A stretch of 64,000 nucleotides of DNA from Chthoniobacteraceae bacterium (GTDB lineage Bacteria; Verrucomicrobiota; Verrucomicrobiia; Chthoniobacterales; Chthoniobacteraceae): contig JBBCKI010000010.1 of the NCBI GenBank assembly GCA_037190965.1, forward strand, positions 1-64,000, given 5' to 3'. This document shows, one piece after another, positions 1-9,969 of this stretch. The notes beneath the pieces are model-generated. The model did not search any database. It saw only the letters and a program-made list of their open reading frames with translations, and had not been told where the DNA came from. Within the stretch, counting starts at the first letter, position 1; every line of letters starts with the position of its first letter. A program made the position numbers and the translations under genes.

Positions 1-206
1 TATACCTCTTCTGTCCCTCTAAGTGCCGTAGCGGACTATGTAAGCAAATACCCCTATTTGAGGGATTACTACGGGAGTCATCCATTTCCCGGTCAGCAAT
101 GGGCCATTCCCATGGGGCAACCACCTCGAAAGACCGTCTTCTCCTATTTAGACGGTCACAGTGAGTATCGCGATCCTCAATCTGGAGATAAATAGATAAT
201 CCTTCA

Positions 207-1616
207 ATGAACAAGTTTTTCAAGCGTCCATCAACGATTGGGTCAACAAAGCGGAAATTGGCAGGTTCGTCCGCAATTGCCCTCCAGCTTCTTTTAGCCG
301 CATATCCATTCAACTCTGGCGCGCAGGAAGCCCGTGATCCCGAACGTCAAGAGATCGACAGGAATAGCTTTCTGCCTCTAGGTGTCTATTGGCCAGGCGA
401 ATACTCGTTCAACCGGGAGCCAGAAGAGGTACGATGGCAGAAGATCGACAAGGTCCTTGATGGCTTGAGTGAGCAAAACGTCAATACGATATGGATCACT
501 CACCTTTCGACCGAGGTTGCCGCGAAGCTGGCCAAACACGCGGCTAAGCGAAACATCGCGCTGGTTGCCTCCAATCTTGAACTGGCGTTCGAGAATCCAA
601 AGAATCGTGAGGGGGATTACCTGAATTTACCCAAAGAAACGCTTGAAAAGTGGGGGGACGCACCAGCTCCATTGGCTTGGGGCCTGGGTGACGAACCCGC
701 ACCCGCCTACACCGACAAGATGGCAGAGTATGTCTCAGCCTGGAAGGTTCAGAAGCATCCAGTCACTACAGTCATCATGCCGGTCTATGTAGAGACAGAA
801 GTACCAAAACTGGTTGGTCTTAACTATCTTTCAGTAGATATTTATCCATTTTTCAGCGACAAGAACCCCAATGGGCCAGGGACCCATCCGGCCAGTGTTG
901 CTTACTTCATCCGTGAAAGCAAGAAGGCGCAACGGGTAGCAGCGCAAATGAATGCGGAGTTCTGGGCGATGCCGCAAATTTTCCAAGAGCCGTGGGGGCC
1001 CAGGGAACAAGATGAAGAAGGCAATATCGTTCACCTTCCCGGTGGTGGCCCACACTGGCGGATGCCAAGCCCGGGCGAAGTACGCTGGCAGGGATGGGCT
1101 GCTATTGCTTGTGGCTCTCGAGCCGTGATCTACTTTAGTCTTTTTTTCAATATCGGGCTGAAGCCGGTAGATCAACCGTTGCCGCCAGAGTTGACCTATG
1201 CAGTCAAGGAGCGCACCAACTCCGGTTCGCCGGGGGGGATTCTCTACATGGATGGAAGGGCCACCCCTCAGTATCTTGCGATGGGGGGATTGTTCAAAGA
1301 GATCCAGCCACTTGCTCCGATCGTTACGAAGATGAAGCCAACAGAGCCATTGGCGACCTTTGAGAATAGACGGAACCCTGGCGACATTGTTGAAACCTTC
1401 GAAACAGCGGACAGGAAGAAGTATCTCATTGTGGTTAATGGGAACGTGAAAGAAGAGGCTGAGCTGGTTCTTAATGTAAGCAAGGACCTAGCTGAGGTAA
1501 GGGATCTCAAGGCGGATGCCAAAGTGCGGCTGCACTACAAGGGAGCTGAGAAGCAGGTCCGGGTGAAACTGGAAGCCGGCGGCGGCACAATGCTTCAACT
1601 GAGTCTCCGGGAGTAG
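207..1616 (+). CDS. Secreted hypothetical protein, probable glycoside-hydrolase-like TIM barrel
   Basis: 469 aa ORF with an N-terminal hydrophobic signal (LLLAAYPFNSGAQE). Motifs FLPLGVY, AWGLGDEP and SVDIYPF resemble clan GH-A-like barrels. Confidence 0.55.
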   Translation: MNKFFKRPSTIGSTKRKLAGSSAIALQLLLAAYPFNSGAQEARDPERQEIDRNSFLPLGVYWPGEYSFNREPEEVRWQKIDKVLDGLSEQNVNTIWITHLSTEVAAKLAKHAAKRNIALVASNLELAFENPKNREGDYLNLPKETLEKWGDAPAPLAWGLGDEPAPAYTDKMAEYVSAWKVQKHPVTTVIMPVYVETEVPKLVGLNYLSVDIYPFFSDKNPNGPGTHPASVAYFIRESKKAQRVAAQMNAEFWAMPQIFQEPWGPREQDEEGNIVHLPGGGPHWRMPSPGEVRWQGWAAIACGSRAVIYFSLFFNIGLKPVDQPLPPELTYAVKERTNSGSPGGILYMDGRATPQYLAMGGLFKEIQPLAPIVTKMKPTEPLATFENRRNPGDIVETFETADRKKYLIVVNGNVKEEAELVLNVSKDLAEVRDLKADAKVRLHYKGAEKQVRVKLEAGGGTMLQLSLRE

Positions 1617-2002
1617 TGGCAGACAAAAAGTGCAACTTGTTGATGTCTTCTCTCTTTGCGACCAGTGGGAGCTAAGTTATTCAAATTTTTTCAAGTAAGC
1701 TCCTGCTTGATGGCTGCGGGGATGCCTTTAAGCCGCTTATTACAGAATAAGGTATAAGGCAGCGAAACTTCCTGAGAAAGCAAACATGAAATAATAGAAT
1801 ACCTCCAAAGAAATCCTCGTTCAAGCGCCCACCCGGGAGCATACTTTCGGAAATCTTGTTTCCTCCACGCGTAAGCAGGCGTTGCGGAAACCGCTTAAAG
1901 CATCCAAATGCTCGGATGCATCGTTCAGCAGCCCGAATGTCTATCGGGCAACGTCCAAGAACTAATCCACGTGAGAACTTAAATCTTACCAGAATCGTCA
2001 TC

Positions 2003-2860
2003 ATGAATACATACCCCCTAAGAAAACATCAATCCTTGACATTATTCCTGCTATTGACCACCGGTCTATTGGGAATTCATCAAGCAAATGCGGGAACAAT
2101 CATAAATCAATCGTTTACCGGGGTCTCAGGAGCAGCCGGTCTAAATGCCGCGGGCTATTATTTTTACAACAATAGTGCGTCGGGCACGGGTTGGAGCACG
2201 GCATCCGCGCCAATGAGCAGTGTTTCGATAAGCGGAAATGCCGCGTATCTTCCCGGTTCAGCGTCGGTTAATACGGCGCTCTTCAAATCGTTCACCCCTG
2301 TTACGCTTAGTAATCTGGGGGATTCGATAACCGTGGAACTCGATTTTCAAGCATCTATTAATAACAATGGACGCTTTCTTTTGGGGTTGTATAACATCGG
2401 CTCTGCGATCACCGCCAACCAGTTCGGGGGGGGTAGTCCAATTTCAGGAAAATCCGGATTTTATCTGATGCAGACCCTTTCCCAAACGAATCCGACTTAC
2501 GTCTACACAGACGGCGCGACCTCAAAATCTTCAGCAACGTCCTCAATCAGCCTCGCGGCTGGCAGCGATCATCATCTTGCGTTGACGCTGACACTTGGCG
2601 AAAATGGGGTAACTATGTCATCTCGTATCGATGGTACAACCCTAAGTAGCTACCTTGTAACCGGCGTTGGCGGTGGTTTCACCGTGGATACCTTGTACTT
2701 TGATCGTATAAATTCAACGCATTTTACCTATGTTGATAATATCCAACTTTATGCCATTCCGGAGACAGGATGCTTGGGTTTGAATTTACTCGGGTTGGGA
2801 TGCATCTCTGCGGCCACCCTCCTAAAAAGGCGCAAACGCGCGGAGTCTTGCATTTCATGA
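2003..2860 (+). CDS. PEP-CTERM-type surface protein (IPE variant)
   Basis: Start moved to ATG 2003 (MNTYPL..., signal peptide ending ANA). Ser/Thr/Gly-rich body; C-terminus YAIPETG + hydrophobic helix + KRRKR. Confidence 0.75.
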   Translation: MNTYPLRKHQSLTLFLLLTTGLLGIHQANAGTIINQSFTGVSGAAGLNAAGYYFYNNSASGTGWSTASAPMSSVSISGNAAYLPGSASVNTALFKSFTPVTLSNLGDSITVELDFQASINNNGRFLLGLYNIGSAITANQFGGGSPISGKSGFYLMQTLSQTNPTYVYTDGATSKSSATSSISLAAGSDHHLALTLTLGENGVTMSSRIDGTTLSSYLVTGVGGGFTVDTLYFDRINSTHFTYVDNIQLYAIPETGCLGLNLLGLGCISAATLLKRRKRAESCIS

Positions 2861-2904
2861 CTGCGAGAATTTCATGAGATTTCTGCCGGATAGATTTTTA
2901 GAAT

Positions 2905-3666
2905 ATGATGCTATTATCTCGCATCGGGCGTCGTAAAATACGGGCCCCTCAAAGTACGGCTTCTCTAATCGCCGCAGTCGCTTTGGCATTTTCCCAATCC
3001 ATGCAAGGCGGCGAATACATCCCGACGGTATTACCCACCGACACGGACGGTACCGATGGAAATCCTCAGTGGACAGTGGAAGCGGCGGAAGGGAGCGTCG
3101 CCGCCGTTGTGGAGAATATTCTGAGTGCTAGCACCATGGATGCCATCGATAAGAATGCGTTGGTGTGGACGCTTGGAATGAAAGGATCAGCGTCCATGGG
3201 CGCTCCAACCAGTGCATGGATGGTCTCTCCAAGCGTTGGTTCTACCATCGATTTTTGCATTAAGGTGAACGATGGCAAAGACAACAGCCCACACGATGTT
3301 TCCGTTCGGGGGGGATTTCAGATCGCTGTGGGAGATGGTCGGCATTTGGCAGCCTTCTCCTTTGGAGTCACCGGAATCAGCGTTTTTGCCGAATCTAATC
3401 TGTCTAAGAATGGTCCTGACAATAGTGTCTTTAAAGCCTATCGGATCGTGATAAAAGATGGATCGGCGGCGCTCTACGAAGAGGGAAATGAAACGCCGTT
3501 GCTATCCGATGTTCGGATGAAGCCTTTGCCCAATTACAACCTAATCTATTTCGGCGATATAAGTTCAGCGGTTTCCGGTTCCTACGATCTTGCCTATCTC
3601 AGATGGACGAACGAGAAGGCCGACTTCACACCTCCTCCCAAGTTTGAATCGAAAAATCGACCCTAG
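2905..3666 (+). CDS. Secreted hypothetical protein, likely beta-sandwich (ConA-like)
   Basis: Signal-like N-terminus; beta-strand pattern FKAYRIVIKDGSAALY...IYFGD...YLRW. Confidence 0.5.
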   Translation: MMLLSRIGRRKIRAPQSTASLIAAVALAFSQSMQGGEYIPTVLPTDTDGTDGNPQWTVEAAEGSVAAVVENILSASTMDAIDKNALVWTLGMKGSASMGAPTSAWMVSPSVGSTIDFCIKVNDGKDNSPHDVSVRGGFQIAVGDGRHLAAFSFGVTGISVFAESNLSKNGPDNSVFKAYRIVIKDGSAALYEEGNETPLLSDVRMKPLPNYNLIYFGDISSAVSGSYDLAYLRWTNEKADFTPPPKFESKNRP

Positions 3667-3749
3667 GATCACCTTTCAAATTCAAGAAGAGATAGACTCG
3701 AACTGTATGCGGGTCCGTGATATGCATTTTCCTCGATCAGAACACTCAA

Positions 3750-5363
3750 ATGACTGGTTTTGATATTATTGAATCCAAGGATGTTCGCGCGCTCGATCTG
3801 ACTTCGAGTCACCGCGCAGCGATCGCGAATCGAAAACGAAGGATCGTCGTTCAATATGATGCTTATCACATCATGCGGAACTACGCGAAGCTTCATCCAG
3901 AGACACCGTTTGATCAGTTTAGAGATGGGGTGTTTTCTTATATCGATGAGCCCGGCAGCCAGATTGATGCTGTCTGGTGGGATATCGGTGGGACGACCCC
4001 GGGCCCTGTCTATCCAAGTCAGCTTCTCCCTTCCGTCGAACACCCTTTGCTCAAAAGGTGGCTGTCTCAGGGAATCGATTGGGTTGACCAGTTTGTCAGG
4101 GAATCGCGGCGCCGAAGCCTTGAAGTGTTTTGGAGTCACCGCATCAGCGAAGTGGATGGACCTGTCGAGGGCGGCCTGGAGATGAAGTGCTTGCATCCGC
4201 TCAAGGCGGCGTATCCTGATTGGACGGTGCCCGCGAGTTTCTGGTGGCAGGGACTGTGGAATCTCGCTTCCGCGAAGTTACGCGAGCATAAGGTCAATCT
4301 GTTGCGCGAGTTGGTAACGAATTACGATTTTGATGGCATCCAGATTGATTTTGCACGCCATGTTCCATGCCTCCCTGTGGGGAAACAATGGGAACTTCGC
4401 GGCCATGTTACTCAGTTCATGTACCTGGTTCGGAAGATGTTGCTTTCCGTCGCAGAGCAGCGAGGCCGCCCAATTCTGCTGGCTGCCAAGGTGCCGCAGA
4501 GCCTGGAGGGGTGCAAGGTGGATGGATTTGATGTTTGGGCGTGGGCGGAAAAGGGGCTTGTTGATATTCTGACCCTGGGTTCACGCGCCATCAACGCCGA
4601 TCTCGAAGATTTTCGTAAAGTAGTCGGCGACGCGATTCAATTGCAGCCTTGTTCGGACGATCATCATGCACCTGATGGCTACCGTTATCCGCCACTGGAA
4701 GTGATGCGAGGCTTATTCGCGAATCATTTGCAAAGGGGGGCAAACAGCGTCGTTGTTTTCAACTGGTCCGTTGCACCGCCCGAAGTTTGCCGACAGGTCG
4801 GAGCCGATGTCGGACCGCTGGCGCATCAAGAGGCATTCAAAGAGATAGGCAGTCTTTTCTCTATGGAGGGAAAGGACAAGATTTTCGCCATCGACCGGCG
4901 TGGCGGCTATCCATGGGCGGATGGATTTTTCAACCGAAACGACGAAGCGCTTTTGCCAATGGTCCTCTCATCAGGAGACGGATCAACCAAACTCCGGATT
5001 CATGTGAGTGATTCCCCAAAGGGAACGGAGAGCTGTCTCTTCCTGCGGTGCGTGATCTTCGGTGCGACGGAGAAGCAAGTTTTCGAGGTGCGATTTAATG
5101 GCATTTTGCTTTGTCCAAGTTTGCATGATCCTGAATGGAAGGATCCCCAAATCCACTCACCGGAACCACAGCCGATTTCGGGAGGACCGGGCGACTATAG
5201 GGTAGATCCCCGACAATCTCTACTTTGCGTTGAGTACCCTGTTCCTCACGATGGATGGCAACAAGGGTTCAATGAGGTTGAGATTCATCTAGCCGATGGT
5301 CTTGACGCCACGACTCAACTCCCGCAGCTCGAGAAATTGGAGGCACACCTTCGCTATTCGTGA
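3750..5363 (+). CDS. Glycosyl-hydrolase-like protein (GHL10/DUF187-like)
   Basis: Motifs RRIVVQYD, NYDFDGIQIDFAR and WAEKGLVDIL fit GHL10-like TIM barrels. Start uncertain (GTG 3717 or ATG 3750). Confidence 0.6.
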   Translation: MTGFDIIESKDVRALDLTSSHRAAIANRKRRIVVQYDAYHIMRNYAKLHPETPFDQFRDGVFSYIDEPGSQIDAVWWDIGGTTPGPVYPSQLLPSVEHPLLKRWLSQGIDWVDQFVRESRRRSLEVFWSHRISEVDGPVEGGLEMKCLHPLKAAYPDWTVPASFWWQGLWNLASAKLREHKVNLLRELVTNYDFDGIQIDFARHVPCLPVGKQWELRGHVTQFMYLVRKMLLSVAEQRGRPILLAAKVPQSLEGCKVDGFDVWAWAEKGLVDILTLGSRAINADLEDFRKVVGDAIQLQPCSDDHHAPDGYRYPPLEVMRGLFANHLQRGANSVVVFNWSVAPPEVCRQVGADVGPLAHQEAFKEIGSLFSMEGKDKIFAIDRRGGYPWADGFFNRNDEALLPMVLSSGDGSTKLRIHVSDSPKGTESCLFLRCVIFGATEKQVFEVRFNGILLCPSLHDPEWKDPQIHSPEPQPISGGPGDYRVDPRQSLLCVEYPVPHDGWQQGFNEVEIHLADGLDATTQLPQLEKLEAHLRYS

Positions 5364-5458
5364 TAGCGCGAATGCCGGATGAAATTGAAATATAGGTTCA
5401 AGGTACGTGCAGGAATGTTTCACAACATTATTTTTACAGATTTATAAGGGGCAAAGAA

Positions 5459-6241
5459 GTGCAAGCAGAACATCCATCAACCAAGTTGGAGTCATGGGGA
5501 GAACCCTTTGTTTGGAAGGGATTCGAAGGACGTGAGGGTTTGATTGAAGGAGTCCTGTGCAAGGTTATTCGACCGCACCAGAGCCTTGCCGCGCGCCCGT
5601 GGGCGTGGCGCCCCGAGTTCTTTGACGCTTTTGCGGAGGTCGATGAACAGCTTCTCCACAGAGGGCTTCATCTTGTTTATCATCATTTGCCTGACCAGTA
5701 TGGCTCTCCGGACGCGATCTCGTATGGGAATGCCTTACATTTCTTTGTTGCCCAGGTGTTCGAATTGGCCTTCAAGGTCTCATTCATTGCTTTGAGCCGC
5801 GCTGGACTTTTTGCGTTTAATTGGGCGGCGGAGAATCCAGAAAAGGTAGCCTGCATTTATGCAGACAACCCGGTTTGTGACTTCAAGAGTTGGCCGGCTG
5901 GATGGGGGAGGGGGAAGGGGTGCCCCACTGATTGGGAAAAATGCATGGGCTGCTACGGCCTGACTGAAGAGGGCGCTCGGGCCTATATCGGTAATCCTGT
6001 CGATCATGCAGAGGCGTTGGCGCGGGCTGGCATCCCCCTGTTTCTAGTGTTGGGGGATTGTGACAAAGTGGTTCCCGTGCCGGAGAATGCGGCAGAAATG
6101 AAGAGACGATTCGTTGCATCCGGGGGTACGTATCGGGAGATTATTAAAGAGGGTTGCGGTCACCACCCTCACGGCCTTCCCGATCCGACGCCGATTGTTG
6201 ACTTTATCGTGGGCTATTCATCTGCTCCGCAGAGAGCATGA
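5459..6241 (+). CDS. Alpha/beta hydrolase (esterase-like)
   Basis: WAWRPEFF, nucleophile elbow ALSRAG, CIYADNPVCDFKSWP, GDCDKVVP, GHHPHG. Confidence 0.75.
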   Translation: MQAEHPSTKLESWGEPFVWKGFEGREGLIEGVLCKVIRPHQSLAARPWAWRPEFFDAFAEVDEQLLHRGLHLVYHHLPDQYGSPDAISYGNALHFFVAQVFELAFKVSFIALSRAGLFAFNWAAENPEKVACIYADNPVCDFKSWPAGWGRGKGCPTDWEKCMGCYGLTEEGARAYIGNPVDHAEALARAGIPLFLVLGDCDKVVPVPENAAEMKRRFVASGGTYREIIKEGCGHHPHGLPDPTPIVDFIVGYSSAPQRA

Positions 6242-6296
6242 ATCTATCTTTCTAAATATTTCGTTTATTTGACAGACGATCCGCTGATCTTCGACC

Positions 6297-8282
6297 ATGC
6301 ACCCTCTCGCAACTCATCAACGCCAAGTTCACCTCGATTTCCACACTTCACCCTATATTCCAGACGTCGGGTCCGAATTTGACGCCACTGAGTTCGCAAA
6401 GACGCTCAAGGCAGCCTCTGTCAATAGCGTGACGATTTTCGCCAAATGCCACCACGGGATGTGCACCTTTCCGACAAAATCCGGAACCCAGCATCCTTCA
6501 CTAAAAGGACGTGATCTCCTTGGCGAACAGATCGAGGCGCTCCATAGGGAGGGGATCCGCTGCCCAGTCTATACCACGGTGGCATGGGAGGAGGATGTCG
6601 CACAGAAACATCCGGAATGGAGCCAAATTCGCCGCGATGGTAGCTTCGCTAAGCTCGAATCGGTCGGTGGCTGGAGGTTCAACAATTTCTTGCACCCCGA
6701 TTATCAGGGTTATATCGAGGCGCACTTGTGCGAGCTGTTAACCGGGTACGACATTGATGGATTATTTTTCGATATCCTTCTTTTCGATCCAAAGGCCTGT
6801 TGGAGTGATGCCAGCATAAAGTTTCGCGAGCGGAACCGATTGCTGAGCGAAGACCCGGGAACGCAATCAAGATTCGAAGCGCTTGCGCAGGAAGCGTTTT
6901 GCGATCGGTTCACCTCACTTATTTATAGCATCAACCCGAATGCCACGATCTTTTACAACTCCACCAATCCGATCTTTACTGACGCACGGAAAGGCGTGCG
7001 GACGCGCCATGTCCTGCACACGCACTGGGAATTGGAGTCGCTCCCGTCGGGTGCCTGGGGATATTACCATTTTCCGCGGCTTGCCCGTGCCTTTGGAACC
7101 TGGGGTAAACCGTGGCTTGGGATGACGGGGCGATTCCAAAAGTCGTGGGGTGATTTCGGAGGGCTCAAGCCGCAGGCGGCCCTTGAATATGAATGCTTTC
7201 GCTCCCAGGCACTGGGCGGCGCGAGTTCTGTCGGGGACCAGCTTCCGCCGCGCGGGCGACTCGATGTCGGGGCCTACGATCTGATCGGCGCAGTTTACTC
7301 ACAGTGGGCGGAAGCGGAGCCATTTTACTCCGGCTCCACCAGCCTGCCACAGATCGGCATCATTGCACCGGGTCACCCCGAATCCGACGGCGATGCGACC
7401 GACAAATCCCTCGAGGGCGCGGTACAGATGTGCGAGGAAGCGCATTACGATGCCATCGTTCTCGACGATGAAAGCCCGCTCGATGGCTGCGAACTAATCA
7501 TCCTTCCCGATTCTGTCGTCGTCACAGACCGGCTCGCATCGACGCTTTCCTCATGGATGGCGGCCGGAGGGCGGCTGATTCTGTCCCATCGAAGTGCCTT
7601 CCGCAAAGACGGAAACGCCGTCTTGGGCTGTCTTCCCTTATGCAATCGCGGGCCTGTGGAGATAGCTCCCTCCTACTGGCGTGCAAAATCCGGATTTCAT
7701 CCTGCACTCTCGCGTAGTGACCGGGTCATCTATCTCCCGGGCTTGAACGTCGAAGCGCCCGGCTGTGAAGTGCTCGCGCAACGCGCTCTGCCGTACTTCC
7801 AGCGTACGGCTCTGACCTTCTCTTCCCACTTCCAGGCTCCGCCCATGGCGGAAACGGAGCCGTTCTCCGCCATCGTGCAGGGAGAAAGGTTCATCTATTT
7901 CGCCGACCCCATCTTTCAGGAATACAGACAGTCGGGTAATATCGCCGTCCGCGATGCCTGGCGTGAGGCGATGCGGCGGCTCATTGGGCCTGCGCCGTTT
8001 GGTGAAGGGCTCGCCGGGACGATTTTGAGTGTGCCGAGGCGGCGGGGTGACGATCTCATTCTTTCCCTCTTGCACTATATTCCAACCCGCAAGGCGCTTG
8101 ACGTCGATATGATTGAAGAACGCTCCTCCTTCGCCGGGGAGCTGTTGCAACTGCCTGCTGCAGCGAAAACGGCGCGCATCTTCGGCTCCGCCAGCGAATT
8201 GCCAACGAACGAAGAGGGCGCATTCATCCTCCCGGCGGTGAAAGGAAGACTGCTGGTGGAAGTCCCGGGATTTTTCCGATGA
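6297..8282 (+). CDS. Glycosyl-hydrolase-like protein (GHL6-type) with a beta-galactosidase trimerisation-like domain
   Basis: RQVHLDFHT, FAKCHHG, DGLFFD, ELESLPSG.WGY, MTGRFQKSWGDFGG. Confidence 0.75.
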   Translation: MHPLATHQRQVHLDFHTSPYIPDVGSEFDATEFAKTLKAASVNSVTIFAKCHHGMCTFPTKSGTQHPSLKGRDLLGEQIEALHREGIRCPVYTTVAWEEDVAQKHPEWSQIRRDGSFAKLESVGGWRFNNFLHPDYQGYIEAHLCELLTGYDIDGLFFDILLFDPKACWSDASIKFRERNRLLSEDPGTQSRFEALAQEAFCDRFTSLIYSINPNATIFYNSTNPIFTDARKGVRTRHVLHTHWELESLPSGAWGYYHFPRLARAFGTWGKPWLGMTGRFQKSWGDFGGLKPQAALEYECFRSQALGGASSVGDQLPPRGRLDVGAYDLIGAVYSQWAEAEPFYSGSTSLPQIGIIAPGHPESDGDATDKSLEGAVQMCEEAHYDAIVLDDESPLDGCELIILPDSVVVTDRLASTLSSWMAAGGRLILSHRSAFRKDGNAVLGCLPLCNRGPVEIAPSYWRAKSGFHPALSRSDRVIYLPGLNVEAPGCEVLAQRALPYFQRTALTFSSHFQAPPMAETEPFSAIVQGERFIYFADPIFQEYRQSGNIAVRDAWREAMRRLIGPAPFGEGLAGTILSVPRRRGDDLILSLLHYIPTRKALDVDMIEERSSFAGELLQLPAAAKTARIFGSASELPTNEEGAFILPAVKGRLLVEVPGFFR

Positions 8283-8640
8283 GTGGTTGCTAGCGGCTGC
8301 AGGTCCCAATGCGCTCGTGCAGGAACGGAAGGCGGCGAAAGCGATTATCGCCAATGCGGTGACGAAGCAGAGATTTTTCGATGTCGCCAAGAAGGTCTTC
8401 TTTCGGGCCGATTTTTCGCAGCAACGCGAGTCTGGGATACCTCTTGCCACTCCAAGCTCCCCTGGGTTCTTTATTTCGGCTATCTTTTACTGGAATAAAC
8501 GGAGCCTGCTGATACCTTCTGCCGCCATGGGCGTCGCTTGGCGTTTCAGAGCGTTGCATCGCGTGAAAGCGGAACAGTTCGTAGCACACGGAGCAACGGA
8601 ATTCTGGAAACGAGTCATAAGTGCCTCATAATCAGAACAT

Positions 8641-8725
8641 GCCGACGTGGCGAAATGGCAGACGCAACGGACTTAAAATCCGTTTTCGCGAAAGCGGAGT
8701 GTGGGTTCGAGTCCCACCGTCGGCA
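8641..8725 (+). tRNA. tRNA-Leu (anticodon TAA), long variable arm, CCA not encoded
   Basis: Acceptor stem GCCGACG/CGTCGGC-A; anticodon arm ACGGA-CTTAAAA-TCCGT; T arm GTGGG-TTCGAGT-CCCAC; followed by CTC rather than CCA. Confidence 0.95.
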
Positions 8726-8810
8726 CTCTTCGGGCCATGCCTCGATGCAATTGGGACTTCTCGGGAGCTGTCAGGTTTTTAAAAATCGATAGCCGTGCGG
8801 AAATAGTTCA

Positions 8811-8837
8811 AAGGATTTGATGGGATCGGTGCGTCTT
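8811..8837 (+). promoter_or_regulatory. Candidate ECF (autoregulatory) promoter
   Basis: AAGGATTT-N12-GCGTCTT just upstream of the ECF start. CGTC is a common ECF -10 core. Confidence 0.35.
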
Positions 8838-8854
8838 ACTCATCAAAGAAAAGC

Positions 8855-9382
8855 ATGTCTCTCGAACAAGGTGGTGACACAGAACTGGTTAAGGAAGCCT
8901 TGGCGGGGGACGCCGATGCGTTTTCGGAACTTTTTGAAAGGCATTATTCCATGATCTACGCTTTTGCCTATCGCCTCTGCTTTGACAAGGGAGATGCCCA
9001 GGATGTTGCCCAGGAAACTTTTGTGAAAGCAGCCAGGTCGCTTGGCTCGTTTCATGGAAAATCCTCCTTCAAACAATGGTTGTATCGAATTGCGCTTAAT
9101 GCCAGCCACGACAGCAACCGGCGTTTGAACCGGAAAGAACGGCTTGCCGAGGTGCTCTCCGGAGCGCAAAGGAATTTCGAGAGGGGAGCGGATTACACCG
9201 GCCTTCAGTGCGCGTTGGAAAAATTGCCCGACGATCTTCGTGAAACGGTGACCCTGGTTTATTATGAGGGAATGAATCATGCCGAAGCGGCCCGCATCCT
9301 TGGGTGTGCCGAGACGACCGTTTCGTGGCGCATTCTCAGGGCCAAACGACGTTTGAAGTCTTTTTTGGAGGCGAAGCCATGA
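8855..9382 (+). CDS. ECF RNA polymerase sigma factor
   Basis: Sigma2 motifs (GDADAFSELFERH, AQDVAQETF, FKQWLYRIALN) and sigma4 motifs (LPDDLRETVTL, HAEAARILG...TVSWR). Confidence 0.93.
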   Translation: MSLEQGGDTELVKEALAGDADAFSELFERHYSMIYAFAYRLCFDKGDAQDVAQETFVKAARSLGSFHGKSSFKQWLYRIALNASHDSNRRLNRKERLAEVLSGAQRNFERGADYTGLQCALEKLPDDLRETVTLVYYEGMNHAEAARILGCAETTVSWRILRAKRRLKSFLEAKP

Positions 9383-9969
9383 AAGATCCGCGATTGGACG
9401 ATTTTTTGAAGAAACTTTCGGTTCCGGAGCCGGATCCGGCGGCTCGCTCCCGGGCGCTTTCCCGGGCGCGGGCGGCGTTTGAGAACCGGGAGGCGATCGC
9501 CTTGGTGGAAGAAGAGAGGGCTTGGGGCTGGCTTGGGCCGGTTGGCTTCGCGCTGGCGTTGCTGATCGCGGTCTTCTTCCTGCCATTTTCCTTGTCGACC
9601 GAGCCCTCGCCTTCCTTTGCCGACCGAGTCATGCTAGATGAGATGACCGCCCTCTTTCACCAACGACTGACGGCGGTAGTGGAGCGAGGCGGCGAGGTTG
9701 ATGTTCAAACTTCGCTACAAGATATGCCTTCATCCGAGCAACCGGTCAGGATCCTTTTCAGGCGTGGTCGTGAGGTCGTTCGGGTCTTGAGTTTCAGCGG
9801 TCGGGAGGTTTGCCTCGACCTCGATGGGAAGAGGGTCTGTTTTGACGTTCTTGCGACCAAGGATGACAACGTCATCCTGATGGGGGGCGATTTTCTTTGG
9901 GACCGGGATCATTCCGTATCTCTCGCGGGATATCGCATCGAAGCGGTAACACTCTTGCCGGCGTCATGA
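9379..9969 (+). CDS. Putative single-pass anti-sigma factor
   Basis: ATGA overlap with the sigma gene. Short cytoplasmic N-terminus (PEPDPAARSRAL), one TM helix, periplasmic C-domain. Confidence 0.65.
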   Translation: MKDPRLDDFLKKLSVPEPDPAARSRALSRARAAFENREAIALVEEERAWGWLGPVGFALALLIAVFFLPFSLSTEPSPSFADRVMLDEMTALFHQRLTAVVERGGEVDVQTSLQDMPSSEQPVRILFRRGREVVRVLSFSGREVCLDLDGKRVCFDVLATKDDNVILMGGDFLWDRDHSVSLAGYRIEAVTLLPAS

